Source: a virus (lineage: Duplodnaviria; Caudoviricetes). Taken from it: 64,000 nt of DNA. Below, one piece after another: positions 46,488 through 54,385 of the stretch. The notes beneath the pieces are model-generated. The model saw nothing but the letters and a program-made list of their open reading frames with translations. It was not told where the DNA came from and made no database searches. A program made the position numbers and the translations under genes. The stretch lies in IMG/VR virus record IMGVR_UViG_3300026274_000001; one strand, written 5' to 3'. How positions within the stretch are numbered: position 1 is the first letter of the stretch; each line of letters opens with the position of its first letter.

Positions 46488-47026
46488 TGGATAAGCTATC
46501 AAAAATTACGGCATTTTTACTGCTGTATCATAATTATCACCGCACGGCGGACGACTACAAACTAGTTGGGCCGGTGGTAGCTAAGCTATTGCTTAACGAC
46601 GTGGTGACTCTCCTTCGTGATGAAGGGACGGAAATTCATGAGCTTGAAGAATACCATTATGGTATGACTCAGTTGATTGCTGACTGTGCTCTATTGCAAG
46701 CACACGGTTATATTGAGTCTCGACATGTCAAGAAGATCCTCAAAGACTGCTGGAATTATCCCTATGTGGGGTTTGATCTAGTGCAGTATGCCCATGCATC
46801 TAAAATCTTTGATGAAGCTAGTGGTGACTCTCTTATGATTGAAGTGCGTGCGGTACTGGCTGATGTCAACTATGCGAAAACTGTCGAACAGGTGAAGGGT
46901 GGTAGGGACAAAGCCATCGGCGCTCTCGTTGGTGCAGTAATGAAGAAGGTGAAGGGCGATCCCAAGCAGATTAAAGAAATGCTGGCAAGCGAAATGGGCG
47001 TAACCCTATCAGCATTAAGCAGTTGA
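46487..47026 (+). CDS. GatB/YqeY C-terminal (tRNA-binding) domain protein
   Basis: VRAVLA..VEQVKGGRDKAIGALVGAVMKKVKGDPKQIKEML resembles GatB tail. Confidence 0.75.
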   Translation: MDKLSKITAFLLLYHNYHRTADDYKLVGPVVAKLLLNDVVTLLRDEGTEIHELEEYHYGMTQLIADCALLQAHGYIESRHVKKILKDCWNYPYVGFDLVQYAHASKIFDEASGDSLMIEVRAVLADVNYAKTVEQVKGGRDKAIGALVGAVMKKVKGDPKQIKEMLASEMGVTLSALSS

Positions 47027-47080
47027 TGTACCGCTCAAGTGAGTTTATCATTTGAATATGGTAAACACACAGGAGCGGTA

Positions 47081-47419
47081 ATGATCAAAATCCGTTATAC
47101 GGCATCTGATTCAGTTGCTATGGCCGATGCCAACGTCAAGCTGTTTGTTAGTGAAATGATTGCTCGCAATAAGCGTGGCGAGAATTGCCACAATGTAGCG
47201 ATTTCAAATGAATCAGTCATCTTCGAATTTCGTATTCGTATTGGACTTGGTGAGCTGACAAACACGGATATTGAAATTGTAGATGCGCGTGACATTGATA
47301 ACGTGATGGTGCTGCCGATCGAAACGAATGGCGGTCTGGGAACTAATGTCCCGGCCAACTTCTGTGACTTTACCTCCTTGCAAGCTCTTGAATTACTTGG
47401 TGCAATGCTAAAGAAATAA
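47081..47419 (+). CDS. hypothetical protein, triplet paralog 1
   Basis: VAMAD..V..F...SNESVIFEFR. Confidence 0.7.
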   Translation: MIKIRYTASDSVAMADANVKLFVSEMIARNKRGENCHNVAISNESVIFEFRIRIGLGELTNTDIEIVDARDIDNVMVLPIETNGGLGTNVPANFCDFTSLQALELLGAMLKK

Positions 47420-47428
47420 GGATAGGCC

Positions 47429-47713
47429 GTGATTACCAAAGAACAAGCATTACAACTTAAACGTGGTGATAGGCTGATTCACTTTGGCCATATTGACAAT
47501 TACACGGGCAAGCACAGTGAATGCATCTGTACTGGTAAAGCGCAGACATGGGTGACTCGCCCCAATGATTTTAGGATTCCAGTCAAGCATACATCGACTA
47601 AAGAACGATTTGACGTGCATGATTTGCATGGGCTTGGATACCCCAACGGTTCTTGGAACAACGATAATTGGTGCTTGCCTGAACTGCATGCAATAGAGAA
47701 GTGGCATATATAA
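47429..47713 (+). CDS. hypothetical protein
   Basis: GKAQTWVTRPNDFRIPVK motif. Confidence 0.7.
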   Translation: MITKEQALQLKRGDRLIHFGHIDNYTGKHSECICTGKAQTWVTRPNDFRIPVKHTSTKERFDVHDLHGLGYPNGSWNNDNWCLPELHAIEKWHI

Positions 47714-47741
47714 TCTGATACAATACTGAGGGCAAAACGAT

Positions 47742-48077
47742 ATGGAAAACTTGTACTGGATAACATACGACGATCAGAATGGCGACGTGGTGCCGGACGG
47801 TAAAGTTCGTCAATATGTAGATGACTTCTTGACGGGACCTACCCGTTCGTGCGTCGTTGGCTCAAGTTTATTGATCGATGAATTCCGTATGTTGGTAGTT
47901 CGAGGCTTGGTTGCTGGAAATCAAGTTCGAGTTAATTATGATGGCGAGTGGCATCCCATCAATGCCAATGCAGTACTGGTAAAGTATCCGCCAGATTTGA
48001 GCTTGCATTACGCTAGTGAATTGCTTCGTTTTTCATGCAGGAAACAACGAGCTGAACGAGAATCATCCAACTGTTGA
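47742..48077 (+). CDS. hypothetical protein, triplet paralog 2
   Basis: VVPDG..YVD..GSSLLIDEFR. Confidence 0.7.
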   Translation: MENLYWITYDDQNGDVVPDGKVRQYVDDFLTGPTRSCVVGSSLLIDEFRMLVVRGLVAGNQVRVNYDGEWHPINANAVLVKYPPDLSLHYASELLRFSCRKQRAERESSNC

Positions 48078-48131
48078 TTCTTAGCTCAAGTGAACGTATC
48101 ATTTGAATATGGTAAACGCATAGGAGTTTAA

Positions 48132-48494
48132 ATGATATCGATTCACTACGATGCAATGAACGGATTTTCTGTACCGGATGCGGGAGCAGCACTTTATGTT
48201 GATGCTGCTCTTGAAACTGCTAAGGAATTCAACCCGGAAAATCCGGAACTGTTCCTTACTGTCGGCTGCGAATCGATCATCGATGAATTTCGTGTTCGAG
48301 TTGTTCGTAAGGAAATCAAGCCGGAGCAAATTGAATTTCTCTTTACTGATCCCGAAGGAATCAAGCACGTTCTCAAGTGCACTGAAGTTGGTTCGATCAC
48401 ACCGTGGCCGTACGACTTCTGCAGCAGCAAGATCAAGGCTATTCAAGAAATTGGACGTGCACGTCGTAGCAAGGGAGCGAACAATGCCCAATAA
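48132..48494 (+). CDS. hypothetical protein, triplet paralog 3
   Basis: SVPDA..YVD..GCESIIDEFR. Confidence 0.75.
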   Translation: MISIHYDAMNGFSVPDAGAALYVDAALETAKEFNPENPELFLTVGCESIIDEFRVRVVRKEIKPEQIEFLFTDPEGIKHVLKCTEVGSITPWPYDFCSSKIKAIQEIGRARRSKGANNAQ

Positions 48495-48777
48495 AGCCAA
48501 AAACTACTGGCGTTCGGCCCATGAAGAATTGCCGCCGGTGAACAAGTACAATCCTGCCAATTCAGTGACTGTCGTTTGGTGTGATGCTGATGCAGCCAAT
48601 CCGGAATATGCCCAGCATATTGGCCGTTTGTGGTATCGAGACCCCGATATCAAAATGGCAATTGCACGTTTCGATTCAGGTTCTATATCCCAGTATCTGA
48701 TCAGTCCCATCGATGGTACCAAGCGTGATTTGTACTGGAGATACGCCGAGGAACTCCCGAAAGCAGTAAAGCGTTAA
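48484..48777 (+). CDS. hypothetical protein
   Basis: SD GGGAG; WRSAHEELP..YWRYAEELP. Confidence 0.7.
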   Translation: MPNKAKNYWRSAHEELPPVNKYNPANSVTVVWCDADAANPEYAQHIGRLWYRDPDIKMAIARFDSGSISQYLISPIDGTKRDLYWRYAEELPKAVKR

Positions 48778-48788
48778 TCACATAAGCA

Positions 48789-48822
48789 TTGCAACACAGC
48801 CAGATGAGTGTATCATCTGGCT
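48789..48822 (+). promoter_or_regulatory. promoter with perfect -10-centred palindrome
   Basis: TTGCAA-16-TATCAT; AGCCAGATGA-gtgta-TCATCTGGCT. Confidence 0.75.
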
Positions 48823-48844
48823 ATCATTGTTTAGGGAGAGTGAA

Positions 48845-49117
48845 ATGGATGCAGCTAAGATACACGTTGATTTGGTTGATCACCAGTTTAATGGTGGTGG
48901 TATCAGTGGTGAAGTTAATAGCCCGGAGCTGTTCAAACCGATTGCTTTCGACTACGACGATTGGCGCGGTCCAATGCTCTTCAACACTAAAGTAGACGAC
49001 GCGTTGTATAATAGCCAGCTGCCTTGGCTTGACCCCTTGGATGCCTTGGTAGTAGTTGACGTAATTGAACGGGTGGTCGTTGAATATTTGCGGGCCCGAT
49101 TTGAACAAGCAGCTTGA
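48845..49117 (+). CDS. hypothetical protein
   Basis: SD GGGAG. Confidence 0.7.
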   Translation: MDAAKIHVDLVDHQFNGGGISGEVNSPELFKPIAFDYDDWRGPMLFNTKVDDALYNSQLPWLDPLDALVVVDVIERVVVEYLRARFEQAA

Positions 49118-49197
49118 TTTAGAATATAGATGAACGTACCATTTGAACATCGCATAAACGAGGGGAACGCTATGAATCAGATGTTTGAGGTAATTGC

Positions 49198-49266
49198 ATG
49201 AATTATCTGCCATTAGTTCCCTTCATTGTTCCGGTCATCATGGCCATTGTTTATTTTCGGGCGTAA
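49198..49266 (+). CDS. 22-aa hydrophobic micropeptide (not in ORF track)
   Basis: SD GAGG; MNYLPLVPFIVPVIMAIVYFRA. Confidence 0.5.
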   Translation: MNYLPLVPFIVPVIMAIVYFRA

Positions 49267-49274
49267 GGAGTAAG

Positions 49275-49682
49275 ATGTCACCATATCAACAAGCGATGGT
49301 CAAAATCGCAGATCTCGAACGACAAAATGCTGATCTGCGGAATCAGATCAAAACAGAACATGCTGGAGTAGTGGCCGGGGTCAAGCTTGAACGTGATAAG
49401 TTTGCTGAGCGATACGACATGAAGAATCGTATGTGCGTTGACTTGATGCGCGAGCGTATGCAGATGGTCAATGAAATGCGTAGCTTGCAAGATGACAAAA
49501 TCTTGCTAGACTGGTTGAATGAAAACAATCATTACATTGAAGTAGATTTTCCCCCTGGCGCGCACCTGACGACTGCACAGTGGGCTTTCTACTGCCCCAA
49601 AGACAGCGGCTATAAGCCTGTACGGGAACGCCTCAAAATCGCTATGGTCGCTTCTCTTGGTTCTGATTCAGAGGAATTGTAA
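49275..49682 (+). CDS. coiled-coil hypothetical protein
   Basis: SD AAGGAG. Confidence 0.7.
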   Translation: MSPYQQAMVKIADLERQNADLRNQIKTEHAGVVAGVKLERDKFAERYDMKNRMCVDLMRERMQMVNEMRSLQDDKILLDWLNENNHYIEVDFPPGAHLTTAQWAFYCPKDSGYKPVRERLKIAMVASLGSDSEEL

Positions 49683-49930
49683 TGAAATATCTCGAATACA
49701 ATATCAAGGGTTCACCGAAGAAACTTGAAGTCGATGTGTCAAGCGGTGATATTATCAAGTATTTGGTACGCCATTCCGGTGGACGTGAAGAAAACCAAAT
49801 TCGAGAACTTGCTGAGATTGTTGGTCTCATTGCTGATGCGGCCAAGGTCGACATAACTAAGGCACTTGCCGATAAGCTGAAGGGCAAGCCGATCAGTGTT
49901 AAGTTAAATGAACCGGAGGATACGTTATGA
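49682..49930 (+). CDS. hypothetical protein
   Basis: TAATG overlap; partial similarity to next gene. Confidence 0.7.
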   Translation: MKYLEYNIKGSPKKLEVDVSSGDIIKYLVRHSGGREENQIRELAEIVGLIADAAKVDITKALADKLKGKPISVKLNEPEDTL

Positions 49931-50196
49931 TCAAATACGAAACGAATAACATTCGATGGAATCGTGAACCGTATGGTGATGAATTCTGGACCGGTGCTGA
50001 TGGTGGCGACGTACTGATGCAAGTGGTTAATCGCCCCAAGCATTACGACAGTATGAAGGGTCCAGGGCTGGAAGAGCAACTGGAAAATCTAGTTCGTGCT
50101 GTTGGGCGTATTGCTGACAAAACTGGTATCAATCTGCTTAACGTATTTCAAGAAGATGAAGTGCGTGTGCAATACCGTTTGCAACAAGGCGATTGA
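49927..50196 (+). CDS. hypothetical protein
   Basis: ATGA overlap, SD GGAGG. Confidence 0.7.
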   Translation: MIKYETNNIRWNREPYGDEFWTGADGGDVLMQVVNRPKHYDSMKGPGLEEQLENLVRAVGRIADKTGINLLNVFQEDEVRVQYRLQQGD

Positions 50197-50217
50197 CCCG
50201 CATTTGAAGGAGCCGTA

Positions 50218-50535
50218 ATGAGTGAAATTATCAATTTCTTCACACGTCGAACCAAAAGAGTACCGTCAGTAGCATCGACTCGTCCACGGTATTTTGATGC
50301 CAATCCGCCAGCAGTTCAAGCGGTAGTGGTGGGACACGGTATTCATTATCTTGCAACCCAGCGTGGTTTTTTGAAGGGATTCGCTACATATGATGGGAAC
50401 CGCGTTCCGGAATTTACCGGCAATGCTCGGTTCGCTAAGCAATTTGATTCATTTCAGGAAGCAGATGATGAAGGTAAGCGTTTGATGTTGCTGCGCGGTG
50501 GTATCAAGTATTACTCAATCTTTAAACCTGCGTAG
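50218..50535 (+). CDS. hypothetical protein
   Basis: SD AAGGAG. Confidence 0.7.
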   Translation: MSEIINFFTRRTKRVPSVASTRPRYFDANPPAVQAVVVGHGIHYLATQRGFLKGFATYDGNRVPEFTGNARFAKQFDSFQEADDEGKRLMLLRGGIKYYSIFKPA

Positions 50536-50585
50536 CTTGAAACTGGCGTAGTCAGCCACGTATAGAGTAAACGAAAACTAAACAA

Positions 50586-50609
50586 GAAGGCCCGCAGATG
50601 CGGGCCTTC
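50586..50609 (+). terminator. GC-rich hairpin / terminator
   Basis: GAAGGCCCGCA-ga-TGCGGGCCTTC. Confidence 0.6.
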
Positions 50610-50672
50610 TGCCAACTAACAATATTAGCCATCAAAGCTATAATGGTAGCAATATTATTGAATAGGATACTG

Positions 50673-51065
50673 ATGATTGAATACGATCGTCATCTGAGGA
50701 TTTGTGCTTATTGTAAAGGTACTGCTGAGCTAGTGAAGGTGAGCAGCAAGTTTTGTGTTGGCTGCACGAATTGCCCCACTACGCTTGGTTTGGTGGTGAG
50801 TATGGTAAACGGTAAACCTATTGTAACCGGAGCATATGATTCTCCCGGAGAGGCAATTGCACACTGGAATAAGCGTGCTGATAATGATGACTTGATTGAT
50901 GAAATTGTGGGGCAAGTGAAGGGCCGGATTGCCGAAAAGCAGCAAAGCAAGGAAGAGTTAAAACATAGGTGGGGTGCTTGGGCGGGATTCATTAGAGAGC
51001 TTGATGCTCAGATGAGTGAACTGCAGATGTTTGCACAGCGGTTAGAACGCTTCAAAACGAAATAA
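50673..51065 (+). CDS. Lar-like (restriction alleviation) zinc-finger protein 1
   Basis: CAYC..VGCTNC..EAIAHWNKR. Confidence 0.7.
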   Translation: MIEYDRHLRICAYCKGTAELVKVSSKFCVGCTNCPTTLGLVVSMVNGKPIVTGAYDSPGEAIAHWNKRADNDDLIDEIVGQVKGRIAEKQQSKEELKHRWGAWAGFIRELDAQMSELQMFAQRLERFKTK

Positions 51066-51267
51066 GATGCTGTCAACTGGTTGAGTGTGTGGTAACTAAC
51101 ACACAGCAGCTTATTTACTTGTTACAAGTTGTATTGAGCAAGTGTGTTAGCGGACATAACTGCGGTTCACTTATTACTAATACTAATCGACCATATGACT
51201 CATCTCGCCGCAAGAAATATCGGGAGGAGTTTATAACATGACGTAAACATATTATTTGGGGTTTCAA

Positions 51268-51654
51268 ATGCGTAAAGATCTATCGTGCTGCTGCCTTTGT
51301 GGTGGGGTAGCAATAATCAGATCAAAAGATCCAGTTCACCGAAGCTTGTATAAATTCAAATGCACTGGTTGCGGTCTATCAGTTGATAAAGGCTTTCCGA
51401 CCAGGGAGGAAGCTAGTGAAGCATGGGAGGCTATCAATACCCCAAAAAATAGAACAATACATGGCATAGTTGTGCCATGTGGTTACACCTTAGTGCCATC
51501 AGCCATATTCAAAGAAGCTTGTAATTTTATTCGCCTCAATAATTTCGTCTTATTCAAAAGTTTGGCACAATATAATATTTGGCATAACAACGATCCAATT
51601 AACCCACCTGCTACCCAAATACATGGATCCACTCAATTGATTTCGAACGAATAA
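51268..51654 (+). CDS. Lar-like zinc-finger protein 2
   Basis: CCLCGG..FKCTGCG..TREEASEAW. Confidence 0.65.
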   Translation: MRKDLSCCCLCGGVAIIRSKDPVHRSLYKFKCTGCGLSVDKGFPTREEASEAWEAINTPKNRTIHGIVVPCGYTLVPSAIFKEACNFIRLNNFVLFKSLAQYNIWHNNDPINPPATQIHGSTQLISNE

Positions 51655-51705
51655 TTGTTGCCTTTCTGTTGATTGTCTTATAATAGACACTTGAACGGAG
51701 GCATA

Positions 51706-51897
51706 ATGAATCATATTGATTCAGACTTCACCCACAACATAATCATTCATTTAATTCTGGCTTCAGTTGCCTTGTTTTGGACTCGTAATTTCAACCGAAA
51801 CAATATGATTTTGAGTGAACACGTATTTGGTATATTCTCCATGTATCAAGTTATCGTTGTGGGATATCACCTATCACTAATATTACAATTACAATAA
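51706..51897 (+). CDS. small membrane protein
   Basis: SD GGAGG; two hydrophobic segments. Confidence 0.65.
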   Translation: MNHIDSDFTHNIIIHLILASVALFWTRNFNRNNMILSEHVFGIFSMYQVIVVGYHLSLILQLQ

Positions 51898-51898
51898 T

Positions 51899-52321
51899 AT
51901 GCAGCGCGTCAATAACACGGTTTACCTAGGTGTCAAGGATTTGACAACTGGTGCCGATTTCATAACCACCGCTACCATCCCACGTTTCAGTGGTCGAAAG
52001 AAGCGAGTAAGCTCAAACATCACCTACAAGCGATGGAGAGGTACCACGGCTACGTTGGATGAACTAGTATTACGCACAGCAGAACAACTGGTTAGCCAGA
52101 GGCAACGTGGCTATAATGCCTCATTTTCAGCTGAAGCCATCGCATACATGATGAAGATCAAAGTTGATCAGATTCGTCATTCATTGCATCGATTGAACCT
52201 TGTTGGTAAAGTGTCTCAGCGCTACAAGCATTGTGCTGAAGGCACGAATCGTGCTTGGTTTCATTATGGAAATGATAGTGGATGGGCGGCAAACAGATAT
52301 ACACTTTGGTTTAATGGCTAA
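51899..52321 (+). CDS. putative HTH DNA-binding protein
   Basis: FSAEAIAYMMKIKVDQIRHSLHRLNLVGKV helix-turn-helix pattern. Confidence 0.55.
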   Translation: MQRVNNTVYLGVKDLTTGADFITTATIPRFSGRKKRVSSNITYKRWRGTTATLDELVLRTAEQLVSQRQRGYNASFSAEAIAYMMKIKVDQIRHSLHRLNLVGKVSQRYKHCAEGTNRAWFHYGNDSGWAANRYTLWFNG

Positions 52322-52427
52322 ACTTTGATAGCTTATACTATAAGCTAGATTTTTGTGTGTGAAATGCTATACTACCTACGCTATGTGACGAACATAGCTT
52401 AACTACAGTTCAATAAAAGGTCTGCAT

Positions 52428-53324
52428 ATGTCGACGACACCGACTCGCATACGATGGACTGAGGTAGAGAAGATAGCGTTAGCGCAAGCAACATATGGCT
52501 ATCTTCGGATCTACCCAGGAACCAGGCTAATGAAGGCGTTTGCCGCTGCTCAAGATGTACTTGAGGAAGGTCGAAAACGGAAAATATTAGCCAAAGCTGA
52601 AATATCTTGGATCGACGATTACCTAGTTAAGGTAGAAACGGATACCGAAGACAACTTGTTTAAGTTGGCAGCTGAACGTGATCGTAACCCAGAAGCGAAT
52701 AACGTATTCCAGTTCCAAGCAAAACAAGCCCCACTCCCACTAGACTCATTGGAGCACACAGCTCCGTCGCCGCAAGCTCTCCAAGTCGATCTACAGTCTA
52801 TTCCGTTAGAGGAACTGACTACAATATGGTTAAGTCGCTTTGTTCAAGAACATATAATGCCCAACGTTGACAAGATCGTGGAAGACATAGTGAGCAAAAA
52901 AACTGCTGCAATGCTTGAGCAAATTCAAGTAATGCAAGGTGAACAAGGTCGATTGCAAATCGTAGCACCCCGATATGCCCAGCGACATATGCGCCGCAAA
53001 GTACTAATACTTGGTTTGTTGGGTAATCAAGTTACAGTTATCAAACAGCGATTCGACAATCAGCTTGATCTAACACTGGTCGGTACCGATCATAATCACG
53101 ACGGGCTAATAGGCTTGGCCAAGTCGCATGATGTTGGTATAGTGATGACTAAGTTTGTTAATCACTCCCAGCAGGATCAAGTTAAACGCAACTCCCCGCA
53201 TGCAGTAATGATTAGTGGTGCGACCAGTGACCTATCCAACGTGCTTAATTCGTTAGTTTCAGAAGGGAAGAAGGGATTAGACGGACACCATTATGGTAAG
53301 GGCCAAAACGGATTCCAATCATAA
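52428..53324 (+). CDS. putative regulator: Myb/SANT-like N-terminus plus DUF2325-like C-terminus
   Basis: RIRWTEVEKIAL; KVLILG..SHDVGIVMTKFVNHS. Confidence 0.55.
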   Translation: MSTTPTRIRWTEVEKIALAQATYGYLRIYPGTRLMKAFAAAQDVLEEGRKRKILAKAEISWIDDYLVKVETDTEDNLFKLAAERDRNPEANNVFQFQAKQAPLPLDSLEHTAPSPQALQVDLQSIPLEELTTIWLSRFVQEHIMPNVDKIVEDIVSKKTAAMLEQIQVMQGEQGRLQIVAPRYAQRHMRRKVLILGLLGNQVTVIKQRFDNQLDLTLVGTDHNHDGLIGLAKSHDVGIVMTKFVNHSQQDQVKRNSPHAVMISGATSDLSNVLNSLVSEGKKGLDGHHYGKGQNGFQS

Positions 53325-53340
53325 TAGTTAGTGGTAATAT

Positions 53341-53383
53341 AGAAAGCTTAGTTCTCGCTGACGAGGTGGGACCTAAGCTTTCT
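53341..53383. terminator. long hairpin
   Basis: AGAAAGCTTAG-21-CTAAGCTTTCT. Confidence 0.55.
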
Positions 53384-53452
53384 TGCCATCAGGGCTTGCG
53401 TAGTTCTTCATATGAATTTATTATATGAGCAACATAACTTGACGGAGTTGAT

Positions 53453-53752
53453 ATGCAAAATTTGGGCCGTGAGCTGCGCAACAAAGATCTCCAAGGGCAT
53501 CTTGCTGATTCGGGCCGAAGCGTTCAAGAGTTGGTTATGGGTATTGTCAACGAAATTGAAGATGCACTTGCTCTCGAGCGCAAGCGCATGAGCTTCATGG
53601 TGTATTACGGGCGCTTTATGTGCATGGACGACCGGGGTAACTACTGGATGGCACGTATTGACGGTCATTTCAAATGGAAGACGAACGAGTTTCGTTCACC
53701 CCAAGAAGCTATTGATGCTGGTATGATTATTAATAAATGGAGCGGTCAGTGA
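53453..53752 (+). CDS. hypothetical protein
   Basis: SD GGAG after family promoter. Confidence 0.7.
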   Translation: MQNLGRELRNKDLQGHLADSGRSVQELVMGIVNEIEDALALERKRMSFMVYYGRFMCMDDRGNYWMARIDGHFKWKTNEFRSPQEAIDAGMIINKWSGQ

Positions 53753-54078
53753 ACGCAATCACCCGTATGCCACCGGATATTTTCATTGGCCAAAACGCGA
53801 TTGTCAACCGAGAAGTTGGTACCGTTACTGGCTTTCGAACTGACTTCCCACATGAATACATTGCAGTTCAACTCAAGTCGAAGGGATATGCATCAAACTA
53901 CAGCCCTCATAATGTCAAGCTGCTGACCCCATTGTCGAACGAATATCTACGTGGGGTGTTGCGCACATTGGAAGCTGCTAGGCAGCTTATTGGGACCGCC
54001 GATAGCTTCAAAGCCCCTGAGGTTCTTGCAGAGCTTGAAGCTTCAATACTTCATACACGGGAGATGATTGATGAGTGA
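53737..54078 (+). CDS. hypothetical protein
   Basis: overlap; exact start uncertain. Confidence 0.65.
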   Translation: MERSVNAITRMPPDIFIGQNAIVNREVGTVTGFRTDFPHEYIAVQLKSKGYASNYSPHNVKLLTPLSNEYLRGVLRTLEAARQLIGTADSFKAPEVLAELEASILHTREMIDE

Positions 54079-54280
54079 AATGTCACCGACCGATACTAGG
54101 GAATGGGCAAAAGAAGAGCTACTTGATGCGCTCGATGCATTCATTGTCACCTGGAAGGAGAATGAACGTCCTCACAGTTATGCCATCGAAGAGCTGAATG
54201 CGCTTTATCTTCAGAGAAATCGTGTAGCAAGACTGTTCAAATTGGCAGTCAAAAAGGTAGATTACACGCAGGGTTCGTGA
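54068..54280 (+). CDS. hypothetical protein
   Basis: overlap start. Confidence 0.65.
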   Translation: MMSEMSPTDTREWAKEELLDALDAFIVTWKENERPHSYAIEELNALYLQRNRVARLFKLAVKKVDYTQGS

Positions 54281-54322
54281 CTGCACCTTAATTTAATTTC
54301 AAGTCTGTAACAATATGGCAAT

Positions 54323-54349
54323 AAGCCGCCTTGATATGGCGGCTTTTTT
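54323..54349 (+). terminator. intrinsic terminator
   Basis: AAGCCGCC-7-GGCGGCTTTTTT. Confidence 0.8.
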
Positions 54350-54385
54350 GCCATATCATACGCTTACATAGAATAACTACAGCGT

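Noticed and set aside
22153-49150. Repeated promoter motifs read as CRISPR-like or attC/integron repeats
   Set aside because: Spacers are full SD-led genes of variable length, and the repeats carry -35/-10 elements at correct spacing; no integron integrase or GTTRRRY core pattern.
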